The notes under the pieces were generated by a model. It was given only the letters and a program-made list of their open reading frames with translations. It had not been told where the DNA came from and searched no databases. From Turneriella sp. (GTDB lineage Bacteria > Spirochaetota > Leptospiria > Turneriellales > Turneriellaceae): 64,000 nucleotides of DNA. Every line of letters begins with the position of its first letter. The first letter of the stretch is position 1. The position numbers and the translations under genes are program-made. Below are positions 30,075 to 37,015 of this stretch, in pieces. The stretch lies in assembly GCA_965279515.1 (NCBI GenBank), contig CBDIID010000003.1, forward strand, positions 3,488,001 to 3,552,000. The letters run 5' to 3'.

Positions 30075-30782
30075 ATGGAAAATTTGGAATTCGAAAAAAG
30101 GCTTCAAAGACTTGAGGCGGAGCTAGTTGAATTAAAACTTTCGCGCGCGAAAAAGGCACTCCACGCGGTGCGCAGAAATCGACGCACGGTACTTGCCGGA
30201 GGCATCATGGGCCTGATCATTCCGGTTGCGATTTCAGCCTTGAGCATCACGAAGACTCATACCTTTACCGCCGGTAATCCAACGGTTGCCTCTGAAATAA
30301 ATACAAATTTCGACCAGCTCTTTACCAAAGTAAATGATCTGGCCGCATACCATCCGCCGATAGGCACGATTTTAGCATGGCACAAATCCTTGAGTGGTGT
30401 GCCAGGTCTCCCCGGCACTGGTGAATGGGTGGAATGTAGCGGGCAAACACTCGTAGATTCTAATTCGCCGCTTAACGGGCGAACTATACCAAATTTGAAT
30501 GGTGCGGCCAGCACGGGTCATTTCTTACGCGGTAGTGATGCCAGCGGCGTCTTTCAGCAGGATACGTTTCAGGGACATTGGCATGTTACGGGAGCTGGGG
30601 GGGTTCCATTTCCACAGAGTACAAATGGTACCCTGATTGAATCCGGCGATACTTGGATTCAGTCTCCCAGCAATGCAACAGTTCGCTCACCTATTAGTGA
30701 TAATATTAATGGCACACCGCGTACCGCTGGCGAAACCCGGCCCGTCAACATGTCGGTCGTCTGGATCATGAAGGTAAAATAG
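30075..30782 (+). CDS. Tail-collar/short-tail-fibre-like exported protein, copy 4
   Basis: Same motifs; ATG 30075. Confidence 0.85.
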   Translation: MENLEFEKRLQRLEAELVELKLSRAKKALHAVRRNRRTVLAGGIMGLIIPVAISALSITKTHTFTAGNPTVASEINTNFDQLFTKVNDLAAYHPPIGTILAWHKSLSGVPGLPGTGEWVECSGQTLVDSNSPLNGRTIPNLNGAASTGHFLRGSDASGVFQQDTFQGHWHVTGAGGVPFPQSTNGTLIESGDTWIQSPSNATVRSPISDNINGTPRTAGETRPVNMSVVWIMKVK

Positions 30783-30844
30783 CCCCACTTTCTACTTTAC
30801 ACCCTTTCGCGCCCTGATTTAGCCACTGCGGACCCCGGCCAATC

Positions 30845-31435
30845 ATGGAATTCCTACCCTTTCTCAAAGGCCTTCGCAATCTCGACGCTGCCACCCTCGC
30901 GCGGTTTATGGAGAAGTATTCTCCCCTCGTTATGGCCTTTATCCGCAAGCGGGTGAATGCCAACGACGTCGAAGATGCCACGCAGGAGTTTTTTTATCAT
31001 ATATTGAAGGTGAACCTGTTCGCCAAGTTTGGCGGCGAGACCGAAGAGGCGTTTAAGGCATACCTCGTCAAAAGCGCGTTGAACTTCTCTTACGACTGGC
31101 GCATGAAGGAATACAAGCTGAACCAGCCGCTGCAGGTTTTTGACGGCGAAAACCCGCTGCACTGGCGTGTGCTCGGCGGCGGCGATTCGGTGCATGAAGA
31201 GTTTGTGAAGAAAGAAACGAGTGAGCGCCTCAATACCGCCATACAGCAACTCGATGCGCAGTACCGGCGCGTGATTGAGCTGAAGCTGCTCGACTATTCG
31301 AATGCCGATGTCGCCGAAATTCTGAAGGAGCCGTTGGGTTCGGTGAATACCTGGTATACGCGGGGAATCCGCGTGCTGGCTGACAGCCTGAAAGATTTGA
31401 ATATGGCCGGCGTAAAAAACGGTGTATTAACATGA
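30845..31435 (+). CDS. ECF sigma-70 factor
   Basis: DVEDATQEFF region 2; L...YRRVIEL......ADVAEIL..P.GSV region 4.2. Confidence 0.9.
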   Translation: MEFLPFLKGLRNLDAATLARFMEKYSPLVMAFIRKRVNANDVEDATQEFFYHILKVNLFAKFGGETEEAFKAYLVKSALNFSYDWRMKEYKLNQPLQVFDGENPLHWRVLGGGDSVHEEFVKKETSERLNTAIQQLDAQYRRVIELKLLDYSNADVAEILKEPLGSVNTWYTRGIRVLADSLKDLNMAGVKNGVLT

Positions 31436-32595
31436 GTGAGCCGCAGAACCACAATGAGGATGCCATGCTGCTTCGGCTGATTGAGCACGAAGAGGTGAAG
31501 CTGCGCACTAGTGGTGCAGCGCCTCTCACCGCGGAAAAAATCACTGCGGTGACTAAACGCCTCATCGCCGAGAAAGACACAATTCTAGCTGACTTCGACC
31601 GCCAGCCGGCCTTAACGATCAGAAAAAAATCGAATGCCGGCAAAATCTGGGGTACGATCGGTGTTGCCGCCATGCTCGTCTTAGGTGTTGGCATTACCTA
31701 TTTGCTGAGAAGCGGTGGCGCCGTGGAAGGGCGTGTGGTTATGGCGAAGGGCGCGCTGAAGAAAAATAACCAGACACTGCAGCCGGGTGCAACGATCGTT
31801 AAGGGCGAGACCATTACAACGGAGGCCAAGGCACTGGCCGTGATGACCTGGGGTGAAGACGCGACAACGCTGCTCAGCCAAAACACGCGCATGAGTGTGG
31901 TGAAGCTCGAAAAGCAGCGTCGACCGCTGATTGAAATTGAGAATACGAATGGTTTGACCTTTACCTCGGTGGAAAAAGGCCGCGTCGATTTTATTGTACG
32001 CACGCCGACGGCTGTCTGCGGCGTCCGGGGCACGAGTTTTAATGTCAATGTGACCTCAGACGGCACGGTGGTGACGGTGCTCGACGGCGTCGTTGAAACC
32101 CGCCTCAATGAGAAATTTCTCGAAACGATACCCGACGCCGCGCAGAGGGCAAAGCTGGCGCAGCCGATTCTGGTAAATCCGAAGCAGAAGATTCTGATCT
32201 CGCGCGCGAACCATTCCGCCGTGGTCTCGGCGCTGAGTGAAGCCGAAGTGCGCTATCTCACGAAGCTCGAAAAGATCGCCGCGCTCGGCCGTGAAAAAAA
32301 CAGCGGCAATGATGCGCAGCGCGTCGCCGCCATCGACAAAGAAGCCGAGGCCCTGACGGCAGAAGTTTTTGCCGCCGAGGTAAATCCTGCTGCGGGTGCC
32401 GACGGTAAACCGCCGGCCATGACGCTCGCGGATATCCGTAAAAAGTATGGCAAGGTTTCGCGCGTGAACCTGAAAACCGGCGCTTCGTATACCGGCTTCT
32501 TTGTACTGAAAGGCGCGCAGATGGAAATCATCACACCGCGCGGCGTCGTGCGGGTGCCGACAACGCAGCTCAAAGACGTGCAGGATCTGAACTAA
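31432..32595 (+). CDS. FecR-family anti-sigma factor
   Basis: ATGA overlap with the sigma gene; cytoplasmic N-terminus, TM, FIVRTPTAVCGVRGT. Confidence 0.88.
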   Translation: MSEPQNHNEDAMLLRLIEHEEVKLRTSGAAPLTAEKITAVTKRLIAEKDTILADFDRQPALTIRKKSNAGKIWGTIGVAAMLVLGVGITYLLRSGGAVEGRVVMAKGALKKNNQTLQPGATIVKGETITTEAKALAVMTWGEDATTLLSQNTRMSVVKLEKQRRPLIEIENTNGLTFTSVEKGRVDFIVRTPTAVCGVRGTSFNVNVTSDGTVVTVLDGVVETRLNEKFLETIPDAAQRAKLAQPILVNPKQKILISRANHSAVVSALSEAEVRYLTKLEKIAALGREKNSGNDAQRVAAIDKEAEALTAEVFAAEVNPAAGADGKPPAMTLADIRKKYGKVSRVNLKTGASYTGFFVLKGAQMEIITPRGVVRVPTTQLKDVQDLN

Positions 32596-32639
32596 CGGAT
32601 TTTTGATTTACAAGAAGAAGTTTCTGATCTGAATCGTTC

Positions 32640-32720
32640 ATGACTTCTTCACTTATCTGGGTGCTGATTGGCGTCTATGTCGGCTTTTTCATTTTTCTGC
32701 AAAAGGTGATGAAGGACTAA
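32640..32720 (+). CDS. 26-aa single-TM small protein
   Basis: MTSSLIWVLIGVYVGFFIFLQKVMKD*; TAATG overlap with the next gene; TTTACA 33 nt upstream. Confidence 0.6.
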   Translation: MTSSLIWVLIGVYVGFFIFLQKVMKD

Positions 32721-33307
32721 TGGTACTCGGACACTACGCCTCTGCGTTTCTGGTGCGCCCGCATGTGCCGACGGCACCGTTCTGGCTGCTTTTGCTCACG
32801 TCGAATTTCTCCGAATTTCTCTGGTTGGTACTGGCGCTTGTGGGCGTCGAGCCGACGAAGCCCGATTCGATTCTCGACGCGACTTTCAACAACCTCGATG
32901 TACACATGACATACAGCCACAACGTGGTGCCGAACCTGATTCTGGGTATTGTCGTTTTTATTCTCGTGCAACTCATCTGGCGCAACACGAAGTTCGCGCT
33001 CGCCGCTGCCTTTCTCACCTGCCTGCATGTCTGGTCAGATTTCATCGTGGGATTTCAACACGAGCTCATGGGGCCCACGTCGATGAAGGTAGGGCTCAAC
33101 TCATACGGCAGATTTGCCTACGTGGCGATTTTGATCGAATGGGCGTTTGCGCTCCTTTGCCTGACCTACTTCATGCTTGCCGAAAAGGCGCGCGGCCGCG
33201 CGGTGCCGAAGAAACGTTTGGTGCTGCTCTATGCCTCTTTCACGATTGGCATTCTGGCCTGGTTACCGAACGCCTACACGCCGATGCGGAAATTACTCGG
33301 CCTGTAA
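32720..33307 (+). CDS. Integral membrane protein (metal-dependent hydrolase-like)
   Basis: GHY N-terminus, YSH, HVWSD motifs, ~5 TM. Confidence 0.7.
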   Translation: MVLGHYASAFLVRPHVPTAPFWLLLLTSNFSEFLWLVLALVGVEPTKPDSILDATFNNLDVHMTYSHNVVPNLILGIVVFILVQLIWRNTKFALAAAFLTCLHVWSDFIVGFQHELMGPTSMKVGLNSYGRFAYVAILIEWAFALLCLTYFMLAEKARGRAVPKKRLVLLYASFTIGILAWLPNAYTPMRKLLGL

Positions 33308-33381
33308 CTAATCTGGGATAGCTAAGCAATATTTCCCGTTTCACTGGGAGACAAGGGTGTGATGTGCCCCAGCTAATAGTA

Positions 33382-33397
33382 TAGGTAAACATACCTA
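33382..33397. promoter_or_regulatory. Inverted-repeat operator candidate
   Basis: TAGGTA-AACA-TACCTA about 90 nt upstream of the response regulator. Confidence 0.4.
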
Positions 33398-33487
33398 CTA
33401 ATAGTCGTAAATCTCCCGCCGAATTCCGTCCAACACTTTAGAAACGTTCCCAACGGAAACGTAGATTTTTTTAAAGGGGAGTACGAG

Positions 33488-33844
33488 ATGAGCAAGATAT
33501 TAACAGTAGATGATTCAGAACCGATGCGGAAGCTGATGCGGTTTGTGCTGGGGGCTGCGGGGCATCACGTTACCACTGCTAGCAATGGCGCAGAAGCGCT
33601 GTCATACATACAGACAAATTCTTTTGATCTGGTTGTGACCGATATCAATATGCCGATAATGGATGGCGCACAATTAATATCTCAGATACGTCAAAATAAT
33701 CCGCACCTGCCAATTTTGGTTTTGACTACCGAACGCGAGCAGCAGCTGCATAAAGAAGGTAAGGCGATAGGCGCCAGCGGTTGGGTGCAGAAGCCATTTC
33801 AACCGCAACAATTCAATGATATGGTGTGCCGCTTACTGAATTGA
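33488..33844 (+). CDS. Single-domain CheY-like response regulator
   Basis: ILTVDDS, TDINMP.MDG, LTT, KPF. Confidence 0.93.
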   Translation: MSKILTVDDSEPMRKLMRFVLGAAGHHVTTASNGAEALSYIQTNSFDLVVTDINMPIMDGAQLISQIRQNNPHLPILVLTTEREQQLHKEGKAIGASGWVQKPFQPQQFNDMVCRLLN

Positions 33845-34060
33845 GTCAATGAAAAGTAGTACCTGCGGCAGCGCGCACGGATAATCCCTGGGGCTCTGCC
33901 CGGTGAAGTAGGGTCCGCAAAACCAATGGTCTGGAAAGCTGAATTGTAATGGCCAGTACCGATCTTAAATCTCAGGGTTGGTTTTGGGTGCATCGGCGGT
34001 AAAAGTCTAACGTAATCGTATGCGAACTGGACGGCCTGTGGCTACGTTTCCCTATTGACT

Positions 34061-35005
34061 ATGAAGCGCAAATCCCAAACCACCGAAGTCAGCATCAGCA
34101 CCGTTTCCATCCCCACCCGCGACGGTTATAATCTTTCCGTGAAAACCTTCGGCGCGCGCCCAGACGCCATCCGTGGCGGCGAGAGCCAGGACACATCCTA
34201 TGTCGCTCGCCCCCGCGAAGGCCGTGCCATCATCTTCCTCCATGGCTTTCCCGAGTTCTGGTATGGCTGGCGGAAGCAGATTCCCTTTTTCGAGGAGCAG
34301 GGTTACTTCGTCGTCGTGCCCGACCAGCGCGGTTATAACGACAGTGACAAGCCCGAGAAGGTGTCGGCATATGCCTTGCCGCAGCTTGCTGCTGATGTCG
34401 CATCGATCATAGAAACGCTGAAGCTCGAAAAACCCGTGCTTGTCGGCCACGACTGGGGCGCCGCGGCCGCGTGGCAGACTGCGATTGAGTATCCACATTT
34501 GTTGTCGAAGCTGGTTATCCTCAATGTGCCGCACATGCGCGTCTTTATGAAGAATGTTTTCACGAACCCGCTGCAATTTTTTAAGAGCTGGTATATGTAT
34601 TTTTTTCAGCTGCCGTTTTTACCTGAAAATCTCATGGCCTGGGTCGGCTTTGACAAGATTGCCCAGGGCCTGCAAAAGACTTCGCGCCCCGGCACGTTTT
34701 CTGATGAGGAACTGACAAAGTATGCCGAGGCCTGGTCAAAGCCCGGCGCGATGCGTTCGATGATTCACTGGTACCGCGCGGCGTTTCGCCATCCCGATCT
34801 GCGCGGCGATACGCGTGTGCATGTGCCGACGCTGATTCTTTGGGGTGAGAAGGATGCCTTTCTGGAGGCGCGCATGGCCGAGCAGAGCAAAGAGTATTGT
34901 GACAGCGCTGTGGTGCAGTATTTTCCCGAGGCAACGCACTGGCTGCAGCATGAAGAGGCAGACGCCGTGAACGGGGCTATCTTAAAGTTTATTGCCGGGG
35001 ATTAA
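34061..35005 (+). CDS. Epoxide hydrolase-like alpha/beta hydrolase
   Basis: FLHGFPEFW, DQRGYN.S, GHDWG, ATHWLQ. Confidence 0.92.
   Translation: MKRKSQTTEVSISTVSIPTRDGYNLSVKTFGARPDAIRGGESQDTSYVARPREGRAIIFLHGFPEFWYGWRKQIPFFEEQGYFVVVPDQRGYNDSDKPEKVSAYALPQLAADVASIIETLKLEKPVLVGHDWGAAAAWQTAIEYPHLLSKLVILNVPHMRVFMKNVFTNPLQFFKSWYMYFFQLPFLPENLMAWVGFDKIAQGLQKTSRPGTFSDEELTKYAEAWSKPGAMRSMIHWYRAAFRHPDLRGDTRVHVPTLILWGEKDAFLEARMAEQSKEYCDSAVVQYFPEATHWLQHEEADAVNGAILKFIAGD
34146..34221 (-). repeat. Double-hairpin ANGGA element within CDS (antisense)
   Basis: Minus strand: GAGC-GACA-TAGGATG-TGTC-CTG-GCTC and CGCC-ACGGAT-GGCG, closed by CCTTCG/CGAAGG. Confidence 0.7.
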
Positions 35006-35022
35006 CCCGGCATAAACATCGG

Positions 35023-35253
35023 TTATTTACTGAGTGCTGTCTTGCAGTCGGGGCTCAGCTTTGCGCTATGCTCGCGAAGACAGGTGACAATGCGGCCTTC
35101 GCCCGCTTTGACCTTGCGGCAAAGTTTCTTATAGTCGGCCTTACAGGCCTTTTTAACTTCTTTGCTTTTTTCAAGGGTTGCGGGGTCAGTTGCCGCGCCG
35201 AGACTGGCGCTCATGACGAGTGCTATCCCCAGGACTAAAAATGTGTTTTTCAT
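35023..35253 (-). CDS. Small secreted cysteine-rich-repeat protein
   Basis: Signal; AC..D..KLC......GRI..CL......LS..C. Confidence 0.8.
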   Translation of the reverse strand: MKNTFLVLGIALVMSASLGAATDPATLEKSKEVKKACKADYKKLCRKVKAGEGRIVTCLREHSAKLSPDCKTALSK

Positions 35254-35377
35254 AGTTACCTCTTTAAAACGTGATCATGGCAACATGCCCGCTCATGAGA
35301 CGGGGCAAAGCGGCATTTAGGACCTTTTGTTTTTTTATTTCCACCGCGTTCCACGAAAATAACGTACTTTGTACGCC

Positions 35378-36532
35378 ATGCATAAATTCGTCGATGAAGT
35401 TTTACTCCGCATTCAGGCCGGTAAGGGCGGGGCCGGCGAGATCGCATTTCTAAGCGAAAAATTCGTCGAATACGGTGGCCCCGACGGTGGTAATGGCGGC
35501 GACGGCGGCAACGTCATCTTCACTACCGCAGAACAGTTGCTCGCACTTTCGCATATTCGCCCCGAACAGGTTTACCGCGCCAAGAATGGTTTTCCAGGCC
35601 AGGGCTCGAACTGCGATGGCAAAAAAGGCGCCGACCTTATCATTCGTGTGCCCTTCGGCACGCAGATCATCGACCCTGTCTCCGGTGCGCTGATACACGA
35701 TTTCACTGAAGCCGGCAGTTTTGTCGCTGCTCAGGGTGGGCGCGGCGGCAAGGGAAATGCTTTTTTTAAGACTTCTAAACGCCAGGCGCCGCGTTTTGCA
35801 CAGCCGGGTGAAGAAACCGAAGAGAAAGAGTTTTTGCTGGCGCTGAAAATGATCGCCGACGTGGGGTTAGTGGGGTTTCCCAATGCGGGAAAATCGACGT
35901 TGCTGAAGGCGCTCACGAAAGCGAATCCGAAAATTGCCAATTATCCGTTCACAACTCTTTCACCCAACATCGGTGTGATCGAAGATCTGCTGTCGCGGCC
36001 GCTGATTGTCGCCGATATTCCCGGCATTCTCGAAGGCGCCTCGAAGGGTTATGGGTTGGGATTATCTTTTTTGAAACACATTGAGCGCGTGCGGCTGATT
36101 GTGTTCGTGATCGACCTCGAAAACGCCTATGTCGAAGATGAACTGAAAATTCTCAAAACAGAGATCGAATCGTACAGCCCTGAACTGCTGAAGAAACCGT
36201 CGCTCCTGGTTCTGAACAAGATCGACCGCTTCGACGATAAGAAATTTCTCAAGGAATTTATCCAGTCGTTTAAGAAGCAGAAGCTCGACCCGATTCCTTT
36301 ATCCGCGAAAAGCGGTGAGGGAATGCAAAAGTTGCGCAGCGAGCTGGCGCGCCTGCTCAAAGCGGAGATGAAAAAAACTCCGGAAAAGAAATTGTTGCTG
36401 GTTTCAAAAAGAAAAATTCCGGCAAAACCCAAAAAGAAACCGGCGGTAAAAGCTAAGGCCGCTAAGAAGACGGCAAAAAAGGCGACGGTTAAGAAGAAAT
36501 CCGCGAAAAAGAAAGTCGCGAAGAAAAAGTAA
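35378..36532 (+). CDS. obgE: GTPase ObgE/CgtA with Lys/Ala-rich tail
   Basis: FVDE, GGPDGGNGGDGG, ADVGLVGFPNAGKST, YPFTTL.P, DIPG, NKID. Confidence 0.97.
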   Translation: MHKFVDEVLLRIQAGKGGAGEIAFLSEKFVEYGGPDGGNGGDGGNVIFTTAEQLLALSHIRPEQVYRAKNGFPGQGSNCDGKKGADLIIRVPFGTQIIDPVSGALIHDFTEAGSFVAAQGGRGGKGNAFFKTSKRQAPRFAQPGEETEEKEFLLALKMIADVGLVGFPNAGKSTLLKALTKANPKIANYPFTTLSPNIGVIEDLLSRPLIVADIPGILEGASKGYGLGLSFLKHIERVRLIVFVIDLENAYVEDELKILKTEIESYSPELLKKPSLLVLNKIDRFDDKKFLKEFIQSFKKQKLDPIPLSAKSGEGMQKLRSELARLLKAEMKKTPEKKLLLVSKRKIPAKPKKKPAVKAKAAKKTAKKATVKKKSAKKKVAKKK

Positions 36533-36538
36533 AACTAC

Positions 36539-36994
36539 CTATTCGGCAGGCAGCTGCCAGGCATAGCCGGCGCTGATCTTTTTGAAATTGGCCTCAAAGG
36601 TATCGCGCGTCACCTCGGTCTTGCCCGACTGTGCCCGTACGAAATTAAAGATGCGTCCGTTGATAAAATTCTGTTTGCTGCTTTCGAATTTATTGTTATT
36701 GAGATGGCCAATCTCGAGGGCCATGTGGCCCGGTATCGTGACCTCGTGAATTTCACCGGTGTTCTGCGCCGAATAGCTGCGTCGTCCCTCGGGGTTGATT
36801 TCAGTGCCTGTAACCGGGAAAAGATAGAGGTTAAAAGGCGAAAATATCATGATGCCGGATTTTTCTTTTTTCATCTCGATTTTCACCGCCCGCGCGGCAT
36901 CACTATTGTTGATAATGTAAAACCGAACAGTAAAAGAACAACCCTGCAGCCAAAGAAAGACAGGGAATAAAAGACTGCCCCGGATCAATTTCAC
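36539..36994 (-). CDS. Hypothetical lipoprotein
   Basis: Lipobox LQGC. Confidence 0.65.
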   Translation of the reverse strand: MKLIRGSLLFPVFLWLQGCSFTVRFYIINNSDAARAVKIEMKKEKSGIMIFSPFNLYLFPVTGTEINPEGRRSYSAQNTGEIHEVTIPGHMALEIGHLNNNKFESSKQNFINGRIFNFVRAQSGKTEVTRDTFEANFKKISAGYAWQLPAE

Positions 36995-37015
36995 GGGGCA
37001 GTTTATAATCTGCGT

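Noticed and set aside
27752..30782. Prophage, tailocin or DGR/shufflon explanation for the fibre array
   Set aside because: No capsid, sheath, tube, baseplate, integrase, invertase or reverse transcriptase in the window. All four copies are full genes in one orientation, and the variable tips differ in length rather than only at adenines.
33845..34055. Possible ncRNA or pseudogene after the response regulator
   Set aside because: No convincing stems, ORF or recognisable motif.
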